The notes under the pieces are model-generated. The model was not told the origin of the DNA, did not search any database, and saw only the letters and a program-made list of their open reading frames with translations. From an uncultured Clostridium sp. (GTDB lineage Bacteria; Cyanobacteriota; Vampirovibrionia; Gastranaerophilales; Gastranaerophilaceae), in the NCBI GenBank assembly GCA_905212085.1, contig CAJMDF010000001.1, positions 16,912 through 80,911 of the forward strand: a DNA stretch of 64,000 nt, written 5' to 3'. This document shows, piece after piece, positions 48,323-57,486 of this stretch; position 1 is the first letter of the stretch, and the number at the start of each line of letters is the position of its first letter. Both the position numbers and the translations under genes were made by a program.

Positions 48323-49399
48323 TTACTTAATTGTACCTTTATTTGTTGTATTTTTCAATTTGTATACAAAAAGTAAGATTTCAGCGATTGCTTTGTATAA
48401 TTCAGGAGGTATTTGCTGGTTTAAATCTACCATTTTGTATAGAGCTCTTGCAACCGGAGCATTTTCAATTACTGGAATCCCATGTTCTTTTGCTATTCCT
48501 ATAATTTTTTTTGCAATTAATTCTGTTCCTTTTGCAATAAGCATAGGGGATGCCATTTCTTCAGCTTTATATTTTAAAGCACAAGCGATGTGGGTAGGAT
48601 TTGTAACGACAAAATCAGCATCTGGTACTGCATCCATCATGCCTTTTTGAAGCATTTGCATACGTCTTTGCCTTAGGGCAGCTTTTACGTTTGGGTCACC
48701 TTCTGTGTTTTTATATTCATCTTTAATTTCTTTAAAAGACATTTTTTGATCTTTTAAAAATTTCCATTTCGTAACTCCATAGTCAGCTGCTGAAATTACT
48801 AAAAAGGCAATGCAGGCTTTGAAAATAAAGTCAGTGATGAGTTTGCCGAATTCAATCATTACTGCGAAATTGTTATCTATAGCTGCGAGCATTAATATGC
48901 TTTCAATGTGCTGCATATAAACGCTCCAACCTATGTAGCCGAGTAAAGCTACTTTTAAAATATTTTTAAATAATTCAAATAATGTCTTAATTGACATGAT
49001 ATTTTTAAAATATTTTGTAGGGTTTAATTTATCAAGTTTAGGCATTAAAGGGGCAGTTGCAACAAGTGGTCCTACTTGAATAAAATCAGCCATTATCGCA
49101 ACGAACCAAGCTATAAAAAGTATAGGCCCAATTATCAAAGCTGCACATTTTATAGTGACTGTTGTAATGTATGTCATGCCTATTTCTGACAGATGCCCAT
49201 TTGGTATTTGTTCATATAGTAAGGTATAGAGCTGTACAATTTGATCCCATACAAAAGGAGCAAGACCAAATATGACGGAAAATAAAATAAGCAAAGATAA
49301 GGCTGTTGAAAAATCTTTTGATTTAACAACCTGTCCTTCTTTTCTTGCCTGCTCGAGTTTCCTCGGGGTGGCGTCAAATTGTTTATCTTCATCACCCAT
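48323..49399 (-). CDS. flhB: Flagellar biosynthesis protein FlhB (type III export gate)
   Basis: N-terminus ...KQFDATPRKLEQARKEGQV, 4 TM helices, NPTH autocleavage motif. Confidence 0.85.
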   Translation of the reverse strand: MGDEDKQFDATPRKLEQARKEGQVVKSKDFSTALSLLILFSVIFGLAPFVWDQIVQLYTLLYEQIPNGHLSEIGMTYITTVTIKCAALIIGPILFIAWFVAIMADFIQVGPLVATAPLMPKLDKLNPTKYFKNIMSIKTLFELFKNILKVALLGYIGWSVYMQHIESILMLAAIDNNFAVMIEFGKLITDFIFKACIAFLVISAADYGVTKWKFLKDQKMSFKEIKDEYKNTEGDPNVKAALRQRRMQMLQKGMMDAVPDADFVVTNPTHIACALKYKAEEMASPMLIAKGTELIAKKIIGIAKEHGIPVIENAPVARALYKMVDLNQQIPPELYKAIAEILLFVYKLKNTTNKGTIK

Positions 49400-49439
49400 A
49401 TGCTATTCCTTTAATGAATATTATAGCATGGTCAAATTA

Positions 49440-50090
49440 TTAAGAAATGATTTTTACGCCTGAACTTGTTCCAAGTCTTTCAGCTCCTGCTTCAAGCATT
49501 TGTAGTGCTGCTTCTTTATCTCTTATTCCGCCGGATGCTTTTACTTTTAGTCCGTATGGTGATACTGTATCGAACATTAATTTTACATCTTCAGCTTTTG
49601 CGCCGACTCCTCCTTTTACAAAACCTGTTGATGTTTTTACAAAATCAGCTTTTGCTTCTATACATAATTCACAGGCTTTTTTTATTTCATCTTTTGTCAA
49701 TAAATCTGTTTCTAAAATAACTTTAAGCGGTTTATCTTTACAAGCTGTTTTTACTGTTTTTATATCATTTATTATGAAGTCATAATCTTTGTCTTTTAAC
49801 TTTGATACATTAATTACCATATCAATTTCATCTGCACCGTCTTCTACAGCTTTTGATGTTTCAAATGCCTTAACATCAGATCTGTTAGCACCGAGAGGAA
49901 AACCTACAACTGTAACTATTTTAACACCTGAACCATGCAAATTTTCTTTAGCAAGTTTTACATAGGCTGGATTGATGCAAACACCTAAAAATTTGAATTC
50001 TTTTGCTTCATTGAATAGTTTTATAAAATCTTCTAATTTTGCATCTTGTTTTAATAATGTATGTTCAATGTGTTCATTTAGATTTTCCAT
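49440..50090 (-). CDS. deoC: Deoxyribose-phosphate aldolase
   Basis: KVKASGGIR Schiff-base lysine motif. 216 aa. Confidence 0.85.
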   Translation of the reverse strand: MENLNEHIEHTLLKQDAKLEDFIKLFNEAKEFKFLGVCINPAYVKLAKENLHGSGVKIVTVVGFPLGANRSDVKAFETSKAVEDGADEIDMVINVSKLKDKDYDFIINDIKTVKTACKDKPLKVILETDLLTKDEIKKACELCIEAKADFVKTSTGFVKGGVGAKAEDVKLMFDTVSPYGLKVKASGGIRDKEAALQMLEAGAERLGTSSGVKIIS

Positions 50091-50094
50091 ATAT

Positions 50095-50931
50095 TCACTC
50101 CTTTATGTTGTTTAAAATTTGATCTGTAGAATATGACTTATTGAGTGTATAAAAATGTAAGCCCTTAATTTCGTTTTTAATTAAATCTTCACATTGAGAA
50201 GTTGCATATTCAATCCCAAATTCAATTAGGTCTTTCTCTTTTAGTTTGCAAATATTTTCTTGAACAATTTTTGGTACTGTAATATTTGCAAGATTTACCA
50301 TTTTTTCAACTTGTTTTTGACTAATTATTGGCATAATCCCTGGAATTATAGGGATATTTATGCCTGCTTTGTTTGTTTTATCAATAAATTTATAAAATAT
50401 TTCATTATCAAAAAACAGTTGAGTAAAAATTACATCAGCTCCTTTATCGACTTTTTCTTTTAAAAAATTAATATCTGTATCTAAATTAGGACTTTCAATA
50501 TGCCCCTCCGGGTATCCAGCAACTCCTATTGATAAATCTGTTCTATTTTTAATAAATTCAACAAGGTCAATTGCATGTAAAAAATCATGTTTTTGTAATT
50601 CTTTGTTTTCTGGGATGTCCCCACGAAGAGCTAGAATATTTTCAATATTAAGATTAATTAGCTTATTTATGTTTGCTTCAACATTTTCTTTCGTACTTGT
50701 TATGCAGGTAAAATGAGGCATAACATTAATTCCAGTGTTTTTAATTTGTTTTAAAAGTTCAAATGATTTGTTTTCATTTCCCCCTGCACCATATGTTAAT
50801 GATATAAAAGATGGATTATGTTGTTTTAGAATTTTAATTTCTTCTAATAATTTTTCATAGTTTTCTTTTGGAGGAAAAACTTCAAAAGAAATTACTGTTT
50901 TACCTGTTTTATAAATCTCTCTCAACTTCAT
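50095..50931 (-). CDS. metF: Methylenetetrahydrofolate reductase
   Basis: SFEVFPPK and LTYGAGG motifs. 278 aa. Confidence 0.8.
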   Translation of the reverse strand: MKLREIYKTGKTVISFEVFPPKENYEKLLEEIKILKQHNPSFISLTYGAGGNENKSFELLKQIKNTGINVMPHFTCITSTKENVEANINKLINLNIENILALRGDIPENKELQKHDFLHAIDLVEFIKNRTDLSIGVAGYPEGHIESPNLDTDINFLKEKVDKGADVIFTQLFFDNEIFYKFIDKTNKAGINIPIIPGIMPIISQKQVEKMVNLANITVPKIVQENICKLKEKDLIEFGIEYATSQCEDLIKNEIKGLHFYTLNKSYSTDQILNNIKE

Positions 50932-50969
50932 AGGTTGATTATAACATAAAGATTAATTATAATAGTCGC

Positions 50970-52598
50970 ATGGATTTTAAAAATAAATTACAAATAATAT
51001 TAGGGGATATACTAGGCGGGCTGAACGCTGCGATAATTACTTTGCCACAGGCTCTTGCTTTTGGTGTAGCTACAGGATTTGGTGCAAGTGCTGGAATTTG
51101 GGGTGCTATAATTTTATCAGTTATCGCTGGTGTTTTAGGAACTAAAATTCCTATGATTTCAGGAGTTACTGGACCTGTTGCTATTGTTGTAGCTTCAATA
51201 ATGCATGCGTTGAATAAAGATATTTCATCTGTTATTTTTATTATATTTTTGGCTGGGATTATTCAAGTATTGTTATCTTTAACTAAACTGCCTGAAATTG
51301 TTAAATATGTGCCTTACCCTGTGATTTCCGGTTTTATGAACGGAGTAGGTTTAATTATCATAATTATGCAGTTAAATCCTTTGTTAGGAATTGCTCCATG
51401 TTCAAATACTATTGAAAGTTTGGAAATGATATTTAAATCTTTCAGCAATTTAAATTTACAGGCTTTTTCCATAGGGTTATTAACTCTTCTGATTGTATTT
51501 TTATTTCCAAAGAAGTGGAATAAATATGTTCCATCTCAAATTTTAGCATTAATAATTTGTACTATTATTTCAATAAAAATGGGCTTGAATATTGAAAAGA
51601 TTTCGGAAATTTCTGTATCTTTGCCTGCAATTCAATTGCCTCATACAAATTTGCATGATTTAATTACTTATTTTCAATATTCTATAACTTTAGCTGTAAT
51701 TTTATCATCAGAAAGTTTATTAACAGGGCTTGTGTGCACATCTATTACAAAAGTACAATTACCGCCCAAGAGTTTATTATCATCTCAGGGAATAGGGAAT
51801 ATATGTTGTGCTTTGACTGGGACTTTACCCGGTTCAGCAGCGACTATGAGAACAGTTGCAGCTTTAAAGACTGGTGCATCTACAAAATTAGCTGCAGTGG
51901 TAACTTCTTTGGTATTAGTTTTATTAATTTATAAATTTTCAGGATTTGTTGCTGAAATTCCACTAGCTGTACTTGCAGGAATTTTGATAAAAATAGGCTA
52001 TGATATAATTGATACTAAATTTTTGCGTGTTATAAAATTGGCGCCAAAAGATGATTTGTATGTGCTTATTCTTGTTTTCTTATTAACTGTATTTTATAAC
52101 TTAATTGTTGCTGTAGGTGCAGGAATTACTCTTGCAGCACTTTTATATGCCAAAAGAGCTGCAGATAAAGCAAAACTTGTCAATAAAGAAGTTTATGATA
52201 AAGATATTATAAAGTTAGAAAGAGTTTTAGAGAAGGATTACAGGCATAAAATTCGTGTTGTGCATATAAACGGGGCGTTTTTCTTCGGCTCTGCAACTCA
52301 ATTAATTTCTCAGTTTGATGAGTTTTTGGGAACGAGATATTTGATATTGGTGTATGATAGTGATGATTTATTGGATATTTCAGCTATTTTTGCACTTGAA
52401 GATATTATTTTACGCTTAAAATCCCAACATATAAAAATATTGATGGTAATTAATAATGAAGATGTTAATAAACAATTGGAGCAATACAAAATATCAGAAC
52501 AAATTGGGGAAGATAAAATATTTTTCTCAGAGATTGAAGCAATTGAATTTGCCAAATTATCTTTTAAAAATCGCATAAAGAAAAAGTATTTTGGTTAA
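50970..52598 (+). CDS. SulP family anion transporter with a C-terminal STAS domain
   Basis: About 11 TM helices plus STAS. Confidence 0.85.
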   Translation: MDFKNKLQIILGDILGGLNAAIITLPQALAFGVATGFGASAGIWGAIILSVIAGVLGTKIPMISGVTGPVAIVVASIMHALNKDISSVIFIIFLAGIIQVLLSLTKLPEIVKYVPYPVISGFMNGVGLIIIIMQLNPLLGIAPCSNTIESLEMIFKSFSNLNLQAFSIGLLTLLIVFLFPKKWNKYVPSQILALIICTIISIKMGLNIEKISEISVSLPAIQLPHTNLHDLITYFQYSITLAVILSSESLLTGLVCTSITKVQLPPKSLLSSQGIGNICCALTGTLPGSAATMRTVAALKTGASTKLAAVVTSLVLVLLIYKFSGFVAEIPLAVLAGILIKIGYDIIDTKFLRVIKLAPKDDLYVLILVFLLTVFYNLIVAVGAGITLAALLYAKRAADKAKLVNKEVYDKDIIKLERVLEKDYRHKIRVVHINGAFFFGSATQLISQFDEFLGTRYLILVYDSDDLLDISAIFALEDIILRLKSQHIKILMVINNEDVNKQLEQYKISEQIGEDKIFFSEIEAIEFAKLSFKNRIKKKYFG

Positions 52599-52603
52599 AA
52601 ATA

Positions 52604-52612
52604 TGTTATAAT
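52604..52612 (+). promoter_or_regulatory. Extended -10 element (TGnTATAAT) for prepilin-type locus 2
   Basis: TGTTATAAT is 27 nt upstream of the leader ATG. Confidence 0.4.
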
Positions 52613-52639
52613 AATATATAAAAAGGAAAGGAGCTGTAT

Positions 52640-52741
52640 ATGAAAAGATTTCAGGTAGAACATACACAAAAATCTTGCAAATTATACGATAATTGTGTTG
52701 GATTACCTACGCACGTAGTGCTCGGGGGGGGGGCAATTTAA
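52640..52741 (+). CDS. Upstream leader ORF (33 codons, MKRFQVEHTQKSCKLYDNCVGLPTHVVLGGGAI), homologous to 30619..30720. One extra G would fuse it to the pilin-like body
   Basis: RBS GGAAAGGAG. Frames checked: ATG frame differs by +1 from the TTG/pilin frame, and G11 joins them. Confidence 0.45.
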   Translation: MKRFQVEHTQKSCKLYDNCVGLPTHVVLGGGAI

Positions 52742-53547
52742 AGCTTGCAGGACAAGGCTTCCAAGGAGTTGAAAAAGTAAATAAAAAATGCTATATTAGT
52801 GATATGTTACATCACGATAAAAATAAAAAAGCATTTACCTTAGCAGAGGTTTTAATAACTTTAGGTGTAATTGGTATTGTTGCAGCAATGACAATGCCAT
52901 CTTTAATTTCAAAGTATAATGAAAAGGCTTGGTTGACTGCATTTAAACGCTCTTATACTATTTTGAATCAAGCTTACCTAAGAGTTTATGAAGATATTGG
53001 AATATCTAAAAATTGGTGTGATAAAAAAAATGCAGAATGTTCTCAAGTTTATTTTAATTTGTTATCACCATATTTAAGTATTTCAGAAGTTTGGGGAAAT
53101 AATCTCCCTCAGCATTTGAAAAGAATAAAATATCGAGATTTAGATGGATCTGCTTTTAGTTTATTTAGTAATTATTATTGGTTTGTCTTAAATGATGGTG
53201 CTTTTGCTGGAATATCATATGATTCAGAGTATAATATGCCATTATTGTTAGTGGATACAAATGGTAGTAAGAGGCCTAATCAATTTGGAAAGGATTTGTT
53301 TTTTATAACTTTAAATAATCGAGATGATTCTCCTGTTCTTTCAGGATATTCAAAATGGTGGTTGTATGATGGGGTATTTTGTTCTACAACAAATTCCTCA
53401 GGTGCTTGGTATAGAGGTGGAGGTTGTTCTCTATGGGTAATTGCTACGGGTAATATGGATTATTTACATAGACAAATTACTTTAGATGAATGGAAAAAGA
53501 ACATTAAAAAGTTATTAGTAAAATCAGGGGCCAGTTCGTTAAATTAA
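52693..53547 (+). CDS. Prepilin-type Cys-rich exported protein, locus 2. Alternative short-leader start at ATG 52804 (MLHHDKNKKA|FTLAEV)
   Basis: A|FTLAEVLITLGVIGIVAAMTMPSL prepilin motif. Paralog of locus 1. Confidence 0.6.
   Translation: MCWITYARSARGGGNLKLAGQGFQGVEKVNKKCYISDMLHHDKNKKAFTLAEVLITLGVIGIVAAMTMPSLISKYNEKAWLTAFKRSYTILNQAYLRVYEDIGISKNWCDKKNAECSQVYFNLLSPYLSISEVWGNNLPQHLKRIKYRDLDGSAFSLFSNYYWFVLNDGAFAGISYDSEYNMPLLLVDTNGSKRPNQFGKDLFFITLNNRDDSPVLSGYSKWWLYDGVFCSTTNSSGAWYRGGGCSLWVIATGNMDYLHRQITLDEWKKNIKKLLVKSGASSLN
52724..52733 (+). repeat. Homopolymeric G10 tract (candidate phase-variation switch), locus 2
   Basis: Ten consecutive G. Same position as in locus 1. Confidence 0.75.
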
Positions 53548-53585
53548 AAAAAATATAACCCGTAATAAACGGGTTATATTTTTTA
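53548..53585. terminator. Bidirectional intrinsic terminator (ataacccg...cgggttat plus T-run)
   Basis: A-run, hairpin, T-run. Between convergent genes. Confidence 0.7.
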
Positions 53586-53588
53586 ATT

Positions 53589-55853
53589 TTAGAATTTATA
53601 CTCAGGAATTTCAAAAGGTTCGTTATTTGCATCTTTATCTACAAATTTTAAATAGCATTCCATAGCTATGTCTTTTGTTTTGTTATACAACTCTTCTGAA
53701 ATATATTTTTTATGAAATTCATTTAATTCCCCTGAATAATTTCCAAGAATACTTGCATAAGTCTCAATTGCAGCTTTGTTAGAGCCGCCGCCGTATGCTT
53801 TAGTTTTTGCATCAGTACCTGAAGGTCTGATTTCAATATATTTATCTGTGAATTCGAGGTATGTTCCGTCACCGACAAATTTTATTGATTGTAAGTTATC
53901 GAAAAGAAGACTTTTGAATGTATTGTTTAATACTTCTTTTACATTTTCAATAGTCATTTTCCCTTCTTTTACAGCTATTGCCATAGATAAGTAGAACAAG
54001 TCATTTTTAGTTCTTTTAGCTTCTCCTGCTATTTTATCAGCCTTCAATTTATTAATATCAGGTTCAGACTCATTGTAGTATGCAATATCTACTCTTGTAT
54101 CAAAACGTCCTATAATATTATTTTCTTCAAAGATTTGTGTAAGATATTCAGATAGGGATACCTGTTCTTTTTGAAGTTTTGAAATTAGAGCAGAAGCTAC
54201 AATAATTGCTTCTGTTGCACTTTTTTCTCTCATTGCGATAGCAAACCTGCCTGCTTTTGATTTGATGAGTTCTTCTGTTCCCATAATCATACCGCCGGAT
54301 TCTTCGCCGCCAAATAATAATCTAGGATTAATGCCAAGGTTGACAGAATTCCCAAATACATCATCAATAATTACTTCACTGCTGTGAGCTTTTTTAAGTT
54401 TTAGTTCAACTTTTTTCATTATATTGGCAATTTCTTTAAATCCTACAGGTACATTGACAACTTTGATTCCTTGCTTTTTCGCCCATTCATCCCAAGATAT
54501 TGCCGAAGCTGTAGTTTTAATCATAAATCTTGGATGATTATTCCATAACCCTTGAGCTTTTAATTGTTTTGCCCAAAAATCCATCAGCATTAAAAATGCT
54601 TGGTTAGCTGTGAAGATTGTAAGAATTAGATCTTCGTTCAATTGAATATAATCAATACCTGCTTTTTCAAGTTCTGGAATTGTACATGAATATTCTGTTT
54701 GTGCGATTGTAAGTCTGTCATGATCCGGATCTGTTATTAATACAGCTGTGCCGACAGGCATTTTAGTTAGTTTTTCATCATAATGTAATGTCTCAATTAC
54801 AGGGAAGAATTTTTCACCGTTTTGTCTTTTTGCTGTAACTGTTGCATCTACAGAATAGTCATAGAAAGCTTTTTCCCCTTTTGGAGTATGGTCGTATTTC
54901 CCAATTGAGTGGAAAAATGGATCTTCTTCTGTATTAAACCAAGTGAATTTATCAGAAATTTCAAGTTTTTTCAATACTCTGCTTAAAGTTCTGTATGCAG
55001 AGCCTCCAACATTTTCAATTACAATTTTATCTTTGATTTTTTTGATTAAATCTAAGTTGATTTTTTGAGCAACTCCTGATTTTAAATATTCTACATATAA
55101 ATCAACCCCATCATCAATATTTGCAAGCACTTTTTCATCAATCAGCGGGTTATTTTTTGCTGCAATTTTTATTTTATAAGTTCCTTTTTTGTTGGTTTCG
55201 TCAAAAATTTCTTGGATTTTATTAACAAATTCCATTGATTCTTCTGGTAAATATTGACTTCCTTGACAGTTTAAGTCTTTGGTTGCATTTTTAACAGAAA
55301 TACCATGGCTTGATGTAATGTATTCTCCGCCAAGTAAATCAAGTTTGAATGCTAAAAATGAGGCAAGCCATATTGGAATAGTTTTTCTATCTTTTGGAAC
55401 AAGTGTTCTTATACCGTTTGCAGCTTGAATTCTTGATATTGCATCAAGAAATAAATCAGAATTATATCTTACTTCTCTACCTGCAACTTTTACAATTTCT
55501 TTGCCTTTGTATTTTTCATTTGCAACTAACGCTTTTGCAAGTGTTGCTAAAACTATTCCTACTAAATTTATAGGAAATCTTGTATCTTGTGGATATAAAA
55601 TATTTTGTGGTCCTCTAATTCCTGCTGTTGAAACTTTTGCTTCTTTTGCATAGTTTGCAAACCATTCTTCTAAGTTTAAACCTTCTGGATTATTTTTTTC
55701 GTCATAAGGTTTAAGATGTTCTTTTTTTAATGTAAACGTAAATTCTCCATCATTTGAAAAATCCATTAAGTTAAGATTTTTAATGTATTCCGGAGTTTTG
55801 TCATAAACACTTTTGAACAATTCATTTTCTAATTCTATATTTGATGTTTTCAT
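53589..55853 (-). CDS. Phosphoglucomutase/phosphomannomutase superfamily protein, long divergent form (754 aa)
   Basis: GTAGIRG N-terminus, Mg-site DPDHDR, phosphate loop RPSGTDAKTKAY. The active-site Ser region is atypical (TSSHGIS). Confidence 0.6.
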   Translation of the reverse strand: MKTSNIELENELFKSVYDKTPEYIKNLNLMDFSNDGEFTFTLKKEHLKPYDEKNNPEGLNLEEWFANYAKEAKVSTAGIRGPQNILYPQDTRFPINLVGIVLATLAKALVANEKYKGKEIVKVAGREVRYNSDLFLDAISRIQAANGIRTLVPKDRKTIPIWLASFLAFKLDLLGGEYITSSHGISVKNATKDLNCQGSQYLPEESMEFVNKIQEIFDETNKKGTYKIKIAAKNNPLIDEKVLANIDDGVDLYVEYLKSGVAQKINLDLIKKIKDKIVIENVGGSAYRTLSRVLKKLEISDKFTWFNTEEDPFFHSIGKYDHTPKGEKAFYDYSVDATVTAKRQNGEKFFPVIETLHYDEKLTKMPVGTAVLITDPDHDRLTIAQTEYSCTIPELEKAGIDYIQLNEDLILTIFTANQAFLMLMDFWAKQLKAQGLWNNHPRFMIKTTASAISWDEWAKKQGIKVVNVPVGFKEIANIMKKVELKLKKAHSSEVIIDDVFGNSVNLGINPRLLFGGEESGGMIMGTEELIKSKAGRFAIAMREKSATEAIIVASALISKLQKEQVSLSEYLTQIFEENNIIGRFDTRVDIAYYNESEPDINKLKADKIAGEAKRTKNDLFYLSMAIAVKEGKMTIENVKEVLNNTFKSLLFDNLQSIKFVGDGTYLEFTDKYIEIRPSGTDAKTKAYGGGSNKAAIETYASILGNYSGELNEFHKKYISEELYNKTKDIAMECYLKFVDKDANNEPFEIPEYKF

Positions 55854-56014
55854 AAATATTCTCTCCTTGAATAACGTTTAGTAATTAATATATACAAAAA
55901 ATTTGTATTATGCAATTAATTCTCTTGTTTTGTTATTTTTATATACTTGTCTTATTATTTTATTAAATGTATAATTAAATAAAATGTCTATCATTCAGTA
56001 GAGGATATAAGATA

Positions 56015-56719
56015 ATGTTTTGGGATAAAGATAAAAATTATACAAAACGCACAGCAAAAGAATACAATATTTGGAGAACTATATTTCAGTTTATTATTTG
56101 TAAAATATTTTACATGATTCGTTTAAAACTTGTATACAGATTAGAGGTATACGGGTTGGAAAATGTACCTAAGGATAATAAATATATTGTATGCCCAAAT
56201 CATTTATCGACTCTTGACCCTCCAATGATTGCAGGAATTTTGCCAAGAAGAGTATCTTTTATGGCTAAAAAAGAATTATTTGATATTCCGTTTATAAGAT
56301 GGTGGATTGATTGGCTTGGAACTTTTGCGGTAAATAGAGAAAGTCTTGGTCCTTCTACTATTAAAACCGTTATGGAAATAAAGAAAAGTAAATGGGTGTT
56401 TGGGATATTCCCACAAGGTACAAGAGGGGTTCCCGGAACTATTACTGGTGTTACAAAAGGTTTTGCAGGTCTTGCAAAAATTACTAAATGCGCAGTTTTG
56501 CCTATTGGTATTGTTGGTACTCAAGAAGCAAGACATTTGCCTTTTACAGGTAAAGTTATCGTAAAAATCGGGAAACCGATACCTTATGATGATAATCCTG
56601 ATATAGTTATGCAAAAGTGGATTGATGCAATTCAGGAATTGACAGGTTTTAAGTATATTCCGCATGATGATAATGTTAATTTAGGAGTAAAGAATGGTGA
56701 TGAAGGAAAGAAATTATAA
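56015..56719 (+). CDS. 1-acyl-sn-glycerol-3-phosphate acyltransferase-like (PlsC family), paralog 1
   Basis: NHLSTLDPP (HxxxxD) and FPQGTR motifs. Confidence 0.75.
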   Translation: MFWDKDKNYTKRTAKEYNIWRTIFQFIICKIFYMIRLKLVYRLEVYGLENVPKDNKYIVCPNHLSTLDPPMIAGILPRRVSFMAKKELFDIPFIRWWIDWLGTFAVNRESLGPSTIKTVMEIKKSKWVFGIFPQGTRGVPGTITGVTKGFAGLAKITKCAVLPIGIVGTQEARHLPFTGKVIVKIGKPIPYDDNPDIVMQKWIDAIQELTGFKYIPHDDNVNLGVKNGDEGKKL

Positions 56720-57398
56720 TAGAAGATATCCTAAGGAATACAATATATTTAGAACATTATTTTATTATAGTTTTTTGTATATTGTGGTTATTCCCTTTAT
56801 GAAAATTTTCTATAATTATACAATTACAGGTCGTGAAAATTTACCAACAAAAGCTAAAAGCGGTAAATTTATTTACACTGCAAATCATGTTTCTCATTTT
56901 GATCCTCCTATGGTTACAATGGCATGTAATAGACCTATTGCTTATATGGCTAAAAAGGAATTGTTTCAAAAGGGTGATAAGTTCGAATGGCTTGTAAAGC
57001 GTCTTGGAGCATTTGCTGTTGATAGAACGAAACCAGAAATCGCGACTTTTAAAACTGTTAAAGATATTCTTTCAACAAGCTGGTCATTGGGTGTATTCCC
57101 TCAAGGAGGAATTCGTCCTTATGGTTCAGAATTAGGAGATTTGAAAAAAGGTTTTGTCGTAATTGCGAAAAATGCAAAAGCCGATATTGTCCCAGTTGCA
57201 ATTGGCGGATTTACAGGTTATCCAAAATTAAAACCATTTACAAGACGTGAAGTGCATCTACATGTTGGAAAGCCAATTTCTTATAAATTATCTGAAGAAG
57301 AAATTATATATGAATGGTGTAAGCAGATATCAGAATATGCTGATTATATTAATAATGCACCTGTACCTGCTTCGTATAAGGATATTCAGTCTGTTTAA
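56694..57398 (+). CDS. PlsC family acyltransferase, paralog 2 (overlaps paralog 1 by 26 nt)
   Basis: NHVSHFDPP and FPQGGIR motifs. N-terminal KEYNIFRT block shared with paralog 1. Confidence 0.75.
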   Translation: MVMKERNYNRRYPKEYNIFRTLFYYSFLYIVVIPFMKIFYNYTITGRENLPTKAKSGKFIYTANHVSHFDPPMVTMACNRPIAYMAKKELFQKGDKFEWLVKRLGAFAVDRTKPEIATFKTVKDILSTSWSLGVFPQGGIRPYGSELGDLKKGFVVIAKNAKADIVPVAIGGFTGYPKLKPFTRREVHLHVGKPISYKLSEEEIIYEWCKQISEYADYINNAPVPASYKDIQSV

Positions 57399-57426
57399 TA
57401 ATTATAATTTAAAATTTTTAATAATT

Positions 57427-57460
57427 AAAATCCCTTGAAATAAACTTCAAGGGATTTTTT
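57427..57460. terminator. Bidirectional intrinsic terminator (aaaatcccttgaa...ttcaagggatttttt)
   Basis: Seen directly between convergent genes. Confidence 0.7.
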
Positions 57461-57486
57461 ATATATAGAAAGAAATTATTTGATTA

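Noticed and set aside
49447-49785. Leu-rich ORFs (49447..49785, 49466..49720) antisense to deoC, and similar antisense ORFs (379..687, 1929..2249, 7485..7835, 58168..58532, 36434..36864)
   Set aside because: They lie entirely within well-supported genes on the opposite strand and have low-complexity translations. These are typical AT-rich antisense artefacts.
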